Assembly: GCA_001773215.1 (NCBI GenBank)
Contig: MEWB01000001.1
Span: 322,473-386,472 of the forward strand
Source: a candidate division WWE3 bacterium RIFOXYC1_FULL_40_10
Lineage (GTDB): Bacteria; Patescibacteriota; WWE3; UBA101185; UBA10185
Length of the DNA stretch: 64,000 nucleotides
Direction: 5' to 3'
Shown: piece by piece, positions 54,701 through 64,000 of the stretch
Position numbering within the stretch: the first letter of the stretch is position 1
Layout of the letters: every line of letters starts with the position of its first letter
Made by a program: the position numbers and the translations under genes
Notes under the pieces: generated by a model
What the model was told of the DNA's origin: nothing
Databases searched by the model: none
The model's input: only the letters and a program-made list of their open reading frames with translations

Positions 54701-57700
54701 TAACCTGCAGCTCATACCTACTACAAAAATCGCATTTAGAACATCTCCAACTAATATTGGTTTTTATCTATTGTCACTGCTATCAGCCTTTGACCTGGGC
54801 ATTGTCACGGCGGATAACTTTGTAGATAGACTTAAAAAGACACTTTCTACGATTGTGAAGCTAAAAAAGTATGAGGGCCAGCTATATAATTGGTATGACG
54901 TAAAAACGCTTGAACCTTTAAACACCTACATATCTACGGCCGATGCCGGAAATTATGTGGCTACGTTAATGCTTTTGGAATCAGCATGCGATGATTTAGT
55001 CAAAAACTCAACGAGTTTGAGTAAGGAAAACATCGAAGAGCTAATCTACGTGCGTAAAGCACTCAAAAGTTTGTATTTGGCCTCAGACTTTACCTTTCTA
55101 TACAACAAGAATATGGAAGTATTTTCGATAGGGTTTAATTCGGATACATGCGAAAAAGACTCCAGCCATTACGATTTTCTAGCATCTGAAGCTAGAATAA
55201 CAAGCTATGTTGCGATAGCTCTTGATCAGGTTGAAACGAAGCATTGGTTTAATATCTCAAGGCCCTATCAAGTAAGAAAAGGAAAGTTCTATCTTATGTC
55301 TTGGGGCGGAACAATGTTCGAATATCTCCTACCCACGTTACTTTTTAACGAAAAAGATAATACACTGCTGGGCCAAACTGCTAAAGAAATTTGTTCACTT
55401 CAAATAAAGTATGGACATGACAATGGTATACCGTGGGGGATTTCTGAATCTAATTTCGATTCGTTCGACCTTGATGCAAATTATCAATATAAAATGATGG
55501 GAGTTCCTAAGCTAGCTCTAAAAAGATACGATACTGAAGATTTAGTCATATCACCTTACTCGTCGTTCCTGGCGCTAATGGTAAATCCTGTAGCTGCTGA
55601 AAAAAACCTCAAACTTCTTGAAAAGCATAAAGCTCTGGGCTTGTACGGTTTCTTTGAGGCTATCCATTTCACCAGATCAAAGAAAGACGCTTTGGAAGAG
55701 CAGCTAGTTCAAATATACACGGCTCATCATCAAGGAATGTGTATGGTAGCAATTAACAACGTCCTAAATGATCGCCTCATGGTGAGAAGGATGCATAGTA
55801 ATAACTACGTCAAATCGTGTGAAATACTTTTGGACGAGCGAATCCCTGAGGTGGCGAACGTAGTGGACCCTAATCAGTACGGCTATGATAAAAGGGTCTC
55901 CTCAGTTAAGATTTACGAAAAGGATCGCGTTAGATTTTCGAGTACCCCAAACACATTGTTTCCTATCGCTCAGATTTTCGGAAACGGAAGATACTCTACT
56001 ATGATTACCAACTCGGGGGCAGGATACAGTAAATTTAAAGACATCTATTTGAATAGGTTTAGTGAAGATCTCTCTCTAGATAATTCCGGCAATCATATTT
56101 ACATTAAAGATGTAGACCTAGACTATTTTTGGTCGGCTACCTATCAACCTACCTTAAAACAAGCTGAAAAATATGAGGCTAAGTTCGATGATGAGCATGC
56201 TGAATTTCATAGGCTAGACAGGAACACAAACACCTCTCTAACAGTACTGGTCCCTCCTGAAAAGAATTTCGAACTAAGAATTCTAACACTTAAAAACTCA
56301 TCAGTATTTCCTAAGGAATACGAAATCACTACGTATAACGAAGTAATGCTGGACGACTTTAAGGCCGGGGTTACTCATCCTGCTTTTAATAAACTGTTTA
56401 TAGAAACAAGTTGCATCGACGAAATACTAATTGCAAAACGACGGAAGAGGAATCAAAAGGACCCGGATAGATATGCGTTCCATTTTGGATACTCCGAAAC
56501 AGAAGACTTCACACTGGATTCTTACGAAACATGCCGATCAAATTTTGTAGGACGAACTAAAACCCCACGAAATCCGGTTATGATGCACAAAGTATTAACC
56601 AACACCCTTGGAGCGGTATTAGATCCGATATTTAGCTTGAGATATAAAGTTAAGCTACTTCCCGGCGAAACGAAAAAGATATATTTCGTATATGGATATG
56701 CTACCAATCCGCATGAGATTAAAGCTACAAAAGACCTTATTCAAGCTAACGGGTCTATAAGTGAATTAAGTTATTTGAACGGGCACTATGTAGAAGCCCG
56801 CAGAACGCATTTGGGAATTACCGTTGGACAGGAGATAACCTTCCAAAGAGTTGCATCCCGACTAATCTACCCGGACTTTCGTCTTCAGGAACAGTCGGAT
56901 TTGCAGCACTACAAAGGAAAAAACGTGTTGTTTAGATTCGGTATATCGGGGGATAACAAAATATTAGTTCTAAAGGTTAATAGCACAAACATAGAGATGC
57001 TCAGGAACATGGTGTTGTTGCATAAATACCTTAGAATACTGCGCTTCCAGATAGACTTAGTGTTTCTAATTGACGAAACGATAAGCTATGAGGAAACGTT
57101 AGAAAGAGATGTAGCTTCCTTAGTTGGTCCAGAAGAAAAGAATTCTGGAATCTTCATCCTGAATGTTGTAAACATGTCTATTGAGGAAAAACATACTTTG
57201 CTGGCTTTAGCCAAAGCTGTATTTGATACTTCTCTTGGATCTCTCGATGAGCAAATTAGCATCGCCACAAGGTACTCGGAACCCGGAGTTGTTAAAGTTC
57301 CACCAACTCGCCGCTCTAATGTGATAGAAAGCATCGGCACAATTAAGGAGGAACTGGATGACTTGGAGTTCTACAATGGCTTGGGCGGTTTTTCTGATAA
57401 CGGCAGAAAGTATTCAATAAACTATAACCCTAATTACCCTACTCCTTTGCCCTGGACAAATGTTATCTCCAACGAAACATTTGGAACTGTTGTGTCAGAA
57501 GCGGGATTGGGGTACACCTGGAACATCAATAGCCAGATAAACAAAATCACTCCATGGTCGAATGATTATGTTTGCGATCCACAAGGCGAGGCGATTTATC
57601 TCAAGGATACACTAACCGGTGCCGTTTTTGGTGCAACTCCTCTGCCGTGCAATGACTCGGAATTCAGTGTAGTGCATGCCCCGGGTTATACGGATTATAT

Positions 57701-59732
57701 CGGTAGGTACGGTTTAGTCGAACACGCACTAAGGGTTTTTGTTGACAGTAATGATCCTGTCAAAATCCTAAAACTAACACTAACCAATAAAAGTAATTAC
57801 GACAAGAAATTTGAAGTTACCTATTACGTGGATTTTGTTTTGGGGGAATACAGCTGTCCCGATCAGGAAAACTTAAATATTCAATTTAACTCAGATAATC
57901 AGAGCATTACCGCCATGAATCCTTCTAACGAAGTTTTTAAGGATAAAACAGCTTTTATGGCAGCTAGTAATGTTTTAGTATCGGCTACTTCCGATCGTAA
58001 AAGGTTTTTTGGGATTGGGGGATCAATCGAATCTCCGCTATGGGTAACAGAAAGCAAGAGGAAAATAGTCGGTTTTAAAGACGTGTCAGATAAATGTGGT
58101 GTGATAACAATAGAGATGTGGGTGCCTAGGAACTCTCATGCATCTGCCGCTTTTATACTAGGCCAAACAGATAATCCCGAAAGTTGCGCTCCCTTAATAG
58201 ATACGTATACTAATTTGGACAATTTAGATCAGAAACTACAAAGAGTTATAGATAGTTGGCAAATACTTCAAAATAAGATTGTAATCCACACCCCTGATAC
58301 TAAACTCAATTACTTAGTAAATAATTGGCTTTTATACCAGGTAGTCTCCTCACGATTATATGGCAGGACATCTTTTTACCAAGCCTCGGGTGCATTCGGC
58401 TTCAGGGATCAGTTACAAGATGTAATGGCATTGGTGCACTCCGACACCGGTAAAATACGCAATCATATTATTTTATGTTGCTCCCATCAGTTTAAAGAGG
58501 GTGATGTACAACATTGGTGGCATAACCCATCAAATGTGGGCGTAAGAACTAGAATTAGTGATGATTTATTATGGCTTCCCTTTGTAGTTAGCTTTTATAT
58601 AGAAAAGACCGGAGATTTTAGTATTTTGTCGGAAACTGCTCCTTACCTTGACATGTCGCAAGTACCCCAGGATAGTGAAAGCTTATACGGGATTCCAACC
58701 ATATCAGAGGAGGTGGGCACTGTTTTAGATCATTGTATTAGGGCAATTGAAAGATCACTTCAATTTGGTGTACACGGCTTGCCATTGATAGGCTCCGGAG
58801 ACTGGAATGACGGTTTAAATAGTGTGGGGGACGAAGGTAAAGGAGAGAGTGTATGGCTTGGGTGGTTTTTGATCGCTGTTCTGGAGAATTTCTCAAAGCT
58901 ACCCGGAGATTTCGATAAAGAAAACTACCTAAAGAAAGCGGAAGAACTAAAAGAGAACATAAACAATACCGGCTGGGACGGTGAGTGGTTCGTTAGGGCT
59001 TTCTACGACGACGGTACCCCAGTGGGTTCTCACGTAAACAACGAGTGCAAGATTGATTCGATAACTCAATCATGGAGTATTATTTCTAAAGCTACAAGTC
59101 TGGATAAGATGTCTCGGGCTATGACTAGCCATAATTTGTATTTAGAGGATAGCAAGCACGGGCTGGTTAATCTACTTACTCCACCTTTTCATGATTCTGA
59201 GCCATTTCCCGGATACATTCAAGGGTATCCTGAGGGTGTTAGAGAAAATGGCGGACACTACACCCACGGAGCAGTTTGGGCGCTAAAAGCATATGCTCTG
59301 CAGAAAAATGCGGATAAAGTGCAGGAACTACTTAACGTATTAAACCCCATCTCCCGATCTTTAGATAAGGATAAAGTAAACGTGTATAAGTCGGAACCTT
59401 ATGTAATGGTAGGAGATATCTACTCAAATAGTCAACACATGGGTAGGGGTGGTTGGAGTTGGTATACGGGATCTGCCGGGTGGATGTACCAGGTATGTAT
59501 TGAGGATGTGTTGGGACTGAAAAAATTCGCTGAGTACTTTACGCTTGAACCGGTTATTCCAAAGAGCTGGAAAGGATTTGATATGCAGTACCATCACAAG
59601 GGTACCAACTACAACATAACTGTCAAAAGAGGCAGTCACAAAGGGTTATCACAAAACGGCAAAGTGCAGGAAGATAAAAAAATCAAGTTAATTGAAAACG
59701 CCGGGGAAGTAATCGTGGAACTAGTTATCTAA
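51705..59732 (+). CDS. ndvB: Cyclic beta-1,2-glucan synthase (Cgs/NdvB/ChvB family; GT84 + cyclisation domain + GH94)
   Basis: WERKRGKL, SHDLIE, RWIRGDWQ, RTSPTNIG, LASEAR, PWGISES, GFRDQLQD, GDWNDG, GVRENGG, WYTGSAGW. Confidence 0.92.
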   Translation: MDNKNTFYTLGRDLAIKKKFPPKRIFPLIRKHSDLDYKTLYSRFGNLYAYLVSEYEKNPEIVPLAASWILDNYYLVSQQYVLFEKTFKTKLLKKLPLSEYDRVYYQIHYIAKKYLEATNCSFSEETLIPFLRGYQKIYPLSSLEIWILPTVIKFEQTLTLLNKGYEIRDKIQNAKFADQVVQIIANDLSRKKNPVKKMNRILRSPNMNPHVLLAVLEDVRELDYKVEETLALVESKIHEEDLNLEEYTRASVLRDINLKQTLSNTVLSIKNFFYINWNKFYNKVSIVESTLKLDPANIYATMDDISRDRYRHIISDLSNNSNYSESEVARKVVETAAASNIDIQQHVGYHLIDHGFFNFAEKIGYKPTFKVFVINWLKKYPNLGYMGGIFLITVALSALSFFTAIIVSHNLLFTLLFSVGQLFIASNLATLIINKLLAYILPTALPPKIELKDFIPENCKTMIVIPSMLSGMEKVDKLVYELEKRFLCNKYKNLFYALLCDYKDSDVEESEGDYQLLAYAREKIRELNEKHMDEGFNVFYFFHRKRQFSQKEGVWMAWERKRGKLLQLVEWLTKEGNFFSVIDGDLDKLTDIKYVITLDEDTMLPADSALKLIGAMEHPLNRPVVNPDTRIVTRGYGFIQPRVILMPEAEGLSNFTHIFVTESGYDSYSNATSDIYQDLFNRSIFWGKGIFDVQAIKESLGDRFPENRILSHDLIESCFSKAAYLSDTSIIEDYPPTFNSYLMRDSRWIRGDWQLIPWLFPNIMSKGNTFEKNPLDFLSKWLIFTNLRRSMILPLFLFSYMLSWLVIKSDILTAYLSVLFFSQIFIELDDISRPISHKMPLTEKLILIVSSVKKKITLVGAYFVGLSLLALNKTQAILISLYRLLTNKHLLEWTTFDEAQQLVDKNASLRKQLLSPFTIANLLIILYLVQSGKATVINTAIIVLWLLSPAIYTHISRPLKTKKLREYITDKERMLSYAKKIWLFFESYTNEESNHLPPDNLQLIPTTKIAFRTSPTNIGFYLLSLLSAFDLGIVTADNFVDRLKKTLSTIVKLKKYEGQLYNWYDVKTLEPLNTYISTADAGNYVATLMLLESACDDLVKNSTSLSKENIEELIYVRKALKSLYLASDFTFLYNKNMEVFSIGFNSDTCEKDSSHYDFLASEARITSYVAIALDQVETKHWFNISRPYQVRKGKFYLMSWGGTMFEYLLPTLLFNEKDNTLLGQTAKEICSLQIKYGHDNGIPWGISESNFDSFDLDANYQYKMMGVPKLALKRYDTEDLVISPYSSFLALMVNPVAAEKNLKLLEKHKALGLYGFFEAIHFTRSKKDALEEQLVQIYTAHHQGMCMVAINNVLNDRLMVRRMHSNNYVKSCEILLDERIPEVANVVDPNQYGYDKRVSSVKIYEKDRVRFSSTPNTLFPIAQIFGNGRYSTMITNSGAGYSKFKDIYLNRFSEDLSLDNSGNHIYIKDVDLDYFWSATYQPTLKQAEKYEAKFDDEHAEFHRLDRNTNTSLTVLVPPEKNFELRILTLKNSSVFPKEYEITTYNEVMLDDFKAGVTHPAFNKLFIETSCIDEILIAKRRKRNQKDPDRYAFHFGYSETEDFTLDSYETCRSNFVGRTKTPRNPVMMHKVLTNTLGAVLDPIFSLRYKVKLLPGETKKIYFVYGYATNPHEIKATKDLIQANGSISELSYLNGHYVEARRTHLGITVGQEITFQRVASRLIYPDFRLQEQSDLQHYKGKNVLFRFGISGDNKILVLKVNSTNIEMLRNMVLLHKYLRILRFQIDLVFLIDETISYEETLERDVASLVGPEEKNSGIFILNVVNMSIEEKHTLLALAKAVFDTSLGSLDEQISIATRYSEPGVVKVPPTRRSNVIESIGTIKEELDDLEFYNGLGGFSDNGRKYSINYNPNYPTPLPWTNVISNETFGTVVSEAGLGYTWNINSQINKITPWSNDYVCDPQGEAIYLKDTLTGAVFGATPLPCNDSEFSVVHAPGYTDYIGRYGLVEHALRVFVDSNDPVKILKLTLTNKSNYDKKFEVTYYVDFVLGEYSCPDQENLNIQFNSDNQSITAMNPSNEVFKDKTAFMAASNVLVSATSDRKRFFGIGGSIESPLWVTESKRKIVGFKDVSDKCGVITIEMWVPRNSHASAAFILGQTDNPESCAPLIDTYTNLDNLDQKLQRVIDSWQILQNKIVIHTPDTKLNYLVNNWLLYQVVSSRLYGRTSFYQASGAFGFRDQLQDVMALVHSDTGKIRNHIILCCSHQFKEGDVQHWWHNPSNVGVRTRISDDLLWLPFVVSFYIEKTGDFSILSETAPYLDMSQVPQDSESLYGIPTISEEVGTVLDHCIRAIERSLQFGVHGLPLIGSGDWNDGLNSVGDEGKGESVWLGWFLIAVLENFSKLPGDFDKENYLKKAEELKENINNTGWDGEWFVRAFYDDGTPVGSHVNNECKIDSITQSWSIISKATSLDKMSRAMTSHNLYLEDSKHGLVNLLTPPFHDSEPFPGYIQGYPEGVRENGGHYTHGAVWALKAYALQKNADKVQELLNVLNPISRSLDKDKVNVYKSEPYVMVGDIYSNSQHMGRGGWSWYTGSAGWMYQVCIEDVLGLKKFAEYFTLEPVIPKSWKGFDMQYHHKGTNYNITVKRGSHKGLSQNGKVQEDKKIKLIENAGEVIVELVI

Positions 59733-59830
59733 TGGCGCCCCCAAGAGGATAATGGTCGAACTCTTTTTGAAAAGCTATATGGCTATTTCAGCAAAAGAGA
59801 TTTGCAAGTTTATACTTCCTAGAGATAAAC

Positions 59831-59869
59831 AAAAACCCCTGTCTGATCGCATATATCACACAGGGGTTT
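59831..59869. terminator. Intrinsic terminator
   Basis: AAACCCCTGT/ACAGGGGTTT. Confidence 0.7.
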
Positions 59870-59885
59870 CGAATCTAGCTATGTA

Positions 59886-60371
59886 CTAAAACAACTGTCC
59901 ACGGCCTTGCCCCCAGCATGCAAAGTAATTTTTCTCAATTTGCCGGGCGGCCTTAAGCTGCTTCTTCGTTAGCAAGCCCAGCTGAGCATTTCCCGGTTGC
60001 TTTTCTTCATACATTGCTTTAAACAGGCTTTCAAAAAGGACATCCCGCAGCTGTTCGAATGTCAACTCGCCTCGATCCTCTGTCTCGTGATCGTACAGGT
60101 CTACGATGAAACTGTAGACGCAGTCACCGATCAACACGAGCCAACTCGTGAGTTCTGTTTCCGAATCGAGAGTAGCGAAAAAGTGCCATATTTTATTCTC
60201 CAAGTGAGAGTAATAATTTCCCCCATCGTACCTCGTGCAAAACCCGCTAATGTGGCCAAACCCTTCGTAGTTGCCATTCTCTGCCTTTTGAGCCCATGCC
60301 AAATAAGCAGAGTCGAAATGACTGCGGCAAGCTACAAGATCGAGATGACTTACTCTAGCATTTGTACTCAT
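59886..60371 (-). CDS. Hypothetical protein (mini-island cargo)
   Basis: AAAGGAG SD; TTGACA and TGnTATAAT at 60491-60465. Confidence 0.7.
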   Translation of the reverse strand: MSTNARVSHLDLVACRSHFDSAYLAWAQKAENGNYEGFGHISGFCTRYDGGNYYSHLENKIWHFFATLDSETELTSWLVLIGDCVYSFIVDLYDHETEDRGELTFEQLRDVLFESLFKAMYEEKQPGNAQLGLLTKKQLKAARQIEKNYFACWGQGRGQLF

Positions 60372-60504
60372 TTTTTGTCTCCTTTAAGACAATTGTCACC
60401 CTTTGCCACAACAGCATTGGGTTAGAGGAATTACACGACACAACATCGTGTTATATATGTTGATATTATAACAGAAATCAGGATTTGTCAAACTATAGGA
60501 TATA

Positions 60505-60581
60505 TGGCGCCCCCAAGAGGATTCGAACCCCTAACCTCTTCGTCCGAAGCGAAGCGCTCTGATCCGTTGAGCTATGGAGGC
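60505..60581 (-). tRNA. tRNA-Arg(TCG)
   Basis: CTTCG-CTTCGGA-CGAAG, GGTTCGAATCC, GCCA end. Confidence 0.93.
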
Positions 60582-60632
60582 ACAGCACGCTTATTATACC
60601 CTACTATATCAATTTAGTGATAATATATACTA

Positions 60633-61076
60633 GTGAACTTTATAAAATCCCATAAGAACTGGATCATAGCAGGGTACATTTTATTGATGGTTTTCTCCTT
60701 TTTCTATGTACGTAAAGTATTATCAGAGGGCGATTTAAAAGTTACTACCAGAGAAAAATCCAGAGGCTTTGATGAAAAACCAGCAAAAGTAACCTTAATA
60801 ATAGCTGGACCCGGGATAGGAGTTAAATATACAGTAGACATGAAAAACACAGATACTGTTATGGATTTGTTGGATAAAGTTTCCGAGGAACAAGGCCTTG
60901 AATACGACATGACTTCTTATGTTAATAGAACGGAGTTTGAACATATCAACGGAATAAAAGCTCCCGAGGGCTACGTTTGGAAATTGCTTCAAGGTGATTC
61001 GGATCTTACTGAGTATATCCAAAATACCAAACTCCGAGACGAAAATATTTATAGAATAATATTGGTGGCAAATTAG
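60633..61076 (+). CDS. DUF4430-like membrane-anchored protein
   Basis: TVMDLL, HINGI, YVW pattern; N-terminal TM. Confidence 0.7.
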   Translation: MNFIKSHKNWIIAGYILLMVFSFFYVRKVLSEGDLKVTTREKSRGFDEKPAKVTLIIAGPGIGVKYTVDMKNTDTVMDLLDKVSEEQGLEYDMTSYVNRTEFEHINGIKAPEGYVWKLLQGDSDLTEYIQNTKLRDENIYRIILVAN

Positions 61077-62261
61077 TTATTCCCACCTTAACGATTCGAT
61101 AGGATCTTTTTTACTGGCTTGGATAGCAGGATACGTTCCGAATACAGCTCCCACAAAAACAGAAAAACCTAGAGAGACAAACACCGCCCACAAGGGAACT
61201 TCCGTCCTTATAAATTTACTGGCAACCTGGGATGCTATCCACCCAAGAAATAATCCTATTACACCTCCTCCTAAACTAAGCAACATGCTTTCGATAATAA
61301 ATTGAAAGCCTATTACAAATGAAGTGGCCCCAACGGCCTTCCTAAGACCAATTTCCTTGATCCTCTCGGTAACAGAAACTAGCATTATGTTCATAATACC
61401 GATACCCCCTACTAGCAACGAAATCCCCGCTACTGCCGCCAAACCAAGTGTAAGTATGTTTAATATGTCCTCGATACTTCTTAAGATATCCTTTTGGGAC
61501 ATTATGCTGAAATCCTCCTTATCTAGGTCAGCCAATAATGCCACTTCTAGTTGCTTTGAAGCAATGTCCATATCTACATTTGGTTTAACCTTCGCAGTAA
61601 TATAGCTAATACTTTCCACTCCTATAGAATCCTTTACAGCGTTAAAAGGAATGTAGACAAGCTCGTCGAAATCGGCTCCTCGTTCCCGTGTTACTCCAAT
61701 CACTTTGTATTTTTTGCTGTCAATTATTACCTTTTCACCAAGTGGATCTCTCTGAGAAAATAGCTCTTTAGCCACAGCAGGGCCTAAAACTATTACCCGC
61801 GCACCGGATTTATCTTCGCTAGTTGAAAAAAATCTCCCCTTAGACATAGCTAAATTTTCAACCCGATCGTACACTGAATAAACTCCGGAAATTGTTGAGA
61901 AAAACTTCCTGTTTTTATACTCCACTGTTTTTCCTACAAATATTAAAGGAGAAACAACATCAATATAATCTGCGGCACCCGACTCGATCAGTCGAACGTG
62001 TTCTTCCCTAATTTTGTTGTCGGTAAATGATAGTGCAGGATCTCCTGCTATCCCCGCTCTCCCTGGTGCAACAAATAATAAGTTTGAGCCTAAATTCTCA
62101 AATTGATCACGAACATAGTTTTCTACGCCCTTAACTAGCGACACCAATGTAACTACCGAAAATACGCCAATCACAACTCCGAGTATAGTTAGAAAAGACC
62201 TAACTTTATTAGAACTTAATGCTTTGGTGGCCGATAAAAATGCTTCCAAAAATTTACTCAT
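61077..62261 (-). CDS. MacB/FtsX-family ABC permease
   Basis: RSFLTILGVVIG, GGIGIMNIMLVSVTERIKEIGLRKAVGA. Confidence 0.95.
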   Translation of the reverse strand: MSKFLEAFLSATKALSSNKVRSFLTILGVVIGVFSVVTLVSLVKGVENYVRDQFENLGSNLLFVAPGRAGIAGDPALSFTDNKIREEHVRLIESGAADYIDVVSPLIFVGKTVEYKNRKFFSTISGVYSVYDRVENLAMSKGRFFSTSEDKSGARVIVLGPAVAKELFSQRDPLGEKVIIDSKKYKVIGVTRERGADFDELVYIPFNAVKDSIGVESISYITAKVKPNVDMDIASKQLEVALLADLDKEDFSIMSQKDILRSIEDILNILTLGLAAVAGISLLVGGIGIMNIMLVSVTERIKEIGLRKAVGATSFVIGFQFIIESMLLSLGGGVIGLFLGWIASQVASKFIRTEVPLWAVFVSLGFSVFVGAVFGTYPAIQASKKDPIESLRWE

Positions 62262-63435
62262 ATCTTAAAGATTCAATTGGATCCTTTTTTCCTGCAGTAA
62301 TTGCAGGGTAAGTACCAAATAGTACGCCAACTCCAACAGAAAATCCTACTGAGATAATTAAAGCCCACCCAGGGATCTGTGCTCTAATCAAAGACGAAAT
62401 TCCAACAGTCAGTAACCAGCCAAGAGATATGCCGATAACGCCACCCATAAGACTAATAACAACAGCTTCCGATAAAAACTGCACTGCAATATTTGACGGC
62501 GTAGCCCCTAGCGCTTTCCTAAGACCAATCTCTTTAGTCCTTTCGGTAACTGATACCAGCATGATATTCATAATACCGATCCCCCCAACTACTAGTGATA
62601 TAGCTGCAACAGCCCCCAATCCTGCAGATAACACTCCTAGTATGTTGGAAACGGAGCTGAGAATATCTTTTTGCGATAAGACATCGAATTCGTCAGCCTT
62701 TAGATCGTGTAATAAGGCTAATTCAACTTGCCCCATTACGATGTCGATTTTTTGGCCGTCTTTTGCCTTAGTAGCAATCCCGGAAAACTTATCAATCCCC
62801 AGATATGTATCCAGTGATGTGTATGGGACCAAAATTCGATCATCCGAATTAAGTCCCTTCTTGTTGAGTACACCTATTACTTCAAACGCAATCCCTTCAA
62901 CCGTTACCTTCTTGCCTAGCGGGTCTATTTCTCCAAAAAGTTCATCGGAAACCTGAGGCCCGATAACAGTTACTCTAGCTTTGGAGGAAACTTCTCCTTC
63001 AGTAAAATTTCTTCCTGTTTCAGCAGATACATCTGTTATTTGAAACGCCTTTTCGTTCACTCCACTTACCGTTGCGGCAAATTGTTTATTTTTGTACTTT
63101 ACCGTTTTTCCAACTCTAATGCTGGGAGTTACTCCAACAATATAGTTACCTGCGTATTTTTCTATCAACTCAATGTGTTTAGCCCTAAGTTTGTTATTTG
63201 TGAATGTAACAGCAGGATCCTGATTAAACCCGGTTCTACCTGGCGCAACTAAAATCAAATTCGACCCCAAAGCGTTAAACTGGTCGGTGACGAAATTCTC
63301 CACCCCTTTAACTAAAGATACCAGGGAAATAACTGCAAAAACTCCTATGATTACACCCAGCATGGTTAAAAACGAACGCGTTTTATTCAAACTTAGTGAA
63401 ATAAAAGCGGCTTTTACTGCCTCAAGTATATTCAT
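62254..63435 (-). CDS. MacB/FtsX-family ABC permease
   Basis: RSFLTMLGVIIG, GGIGIMNIMLVSVTERTKEIGLRKALGA. Confidence 0.95.
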   Translation of the reverse strand: MNILEAVKAAFISLSLNKTRSFLTMLGVIIGVFAVISLVSLVKGVENFVTDQFNALGSNLILVAPGRTGFNQDPAVTFTNNKLRAKHIELIEKYAGNYIVGVTPSIRVGKTVKYKNKQFAATVSGVNEKAFQITDVSAETGRNFTEGEVSSKARVTVIGPQVSDELFGEIDPLGKKVTVEGIAFEVIGVLNKKGLNSDDRILVPYTSLDTYLGIDKFSGIATKAKDGQKIDIVMGQVELALLHDLKADEFDVLSQKDILSSVSNILGVLSAGLGAVAAISLVVGGIGIMNIMLVSVTERTKEIGLRKALGATPSNIAVQFLSEAVVISLMGGVIGISLGWLLTVGISSLIRAQIPGWALIISVGFSVGVGVLFGTYPAITAGKKDPIESLRYE

Positions 63436-64000
63436 ACAATGATACCGTCGCGTAAAACTATTTTCCGTTCGGCAATTTTAGCCAAATCATCGTCGTGAGT
63501 AACAATAATAATGGTTTTACCTTGTGAGTGGAGCTTTTTGAACAGCGCAACAATTTCATCCCCGGTTTTTGAGTCTAAATTACCGGTGGGCTCATCCGCA
63601 AATATTATAGCAGGGTCGTTAACTAAAGCTCTAGCTATAGCCACACGTTGCTTTTGACCTCCCGACAACTCATTCGACTTGTTTTGCAGCCTATCCCCCA
63701 GATCCACTATTTCGAGCATTTTTTTAGCCTTATCTTCCCATTGGTTTTTTGGCACATGACTGTACTTTAAGGGCAAAATTACGTTATCCAAGGTCGATGT
63801 CCTTTGTAGTAAGTTAAAAAACTGAAACACAAAACCTATCTCCTCGTTTCGAATATGAGCCAGCTGATTAGGGGTATATTTCGTTACATTCTTATCCTTT
63901 AATATAAGCTCGCCGGATGTAGGAGTATCTAGAAGGCCTAATATGTGCATAAGGGTTGACTTACCTGATCCAGACTTTCCTACTATAGCTAGGAAATCGT
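63432..64000 (-). CDS. ABC transporter ATP-binding protein (LolD/MacB type), start beyond window
   Basis: GKSGSGKST read near the window end, LSGGQKQR, ADEPTGNLD. Confidence 0.95.
   Translation of the reverse strand, partial: DFLAIVGKSGSGKSTLMHILGLLDTPTSGELILKDKNVTKYTPNQLAHIRNEEIGFVFQFFNLLQRTSTLDNVILPLKYSHVPKNQWEDKAKKMLEIVDLGDRLQNKSNELSGGQKQRVAIARALVNDPAIIFADEPTGNLDSKTGDEIVALFKKLHSQGKTIIIVTHDDDLAKIAERKIVLRDGIIV

Larger units (their letters stand above)
59732..60522. mobile_element. Mini-island bounded by a 19-bp repeat of the tRNA-Arg 3' end
   Basis: ATGGCGCCCCCAAGAGGAT at 59732-59750 and 60504-60522; no integrase inside. Confidence 0.7.

Noticed and set aside
61077-63435. Tandem MacB-type permeases as a novelty
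   Set aside because: Paired permeases with one ATPase are a common arrangement.
1-64000. Prophage, retron, DGR or IS elements
   Set aside because: No structural phage genes, reverse transcriptase or transposase motifs recognised.

Overview
AT-rich, gene-dense bacterial chromosome segment read in genetic code 11. Short intergenic spaces, many genes with a TATAAT-like box just ahead of the ATG and no Shine-Dalgarno, and an envelope/glycan-heavy gene set point to a Patescibacteria/CPR-type genome (inference). It holds about 65 CDS and 9 tRNAs, all tRNAs on the minus strand. Main points: (1) a 3-gene cluster with a BNR beta-propeller protein, a short AlgD/Ugd-family dehydrogenase, and one 919-aa protein fusing a processive GT2 synthase, LysM and an AlgG-like beta-helix with an intact YGLDPHD motif, a candidate minimal synthase-epimerase system for an alginate-like polyuronate; (2) a 4.86-kb serine-recombinase island at tRNA-Lys whose rebuilt attP is a dyad centred on GT and lies inside the integrase 3' end, so integration swaps a 37-aa tail for a stop codon; (3) GC-rich modules attached to duplicated tRNA ends; (4) an XpaC-like/SPFH/TelA-like locus; (5) a 2675-aa cyclic beta-1,2-glucan synthase; (6) a DinB cassette with a direct-repeat operator; (7) an uncalled 31-aa Lys-rich peptide. 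Family calls come from motif recognition only; no searches were run.
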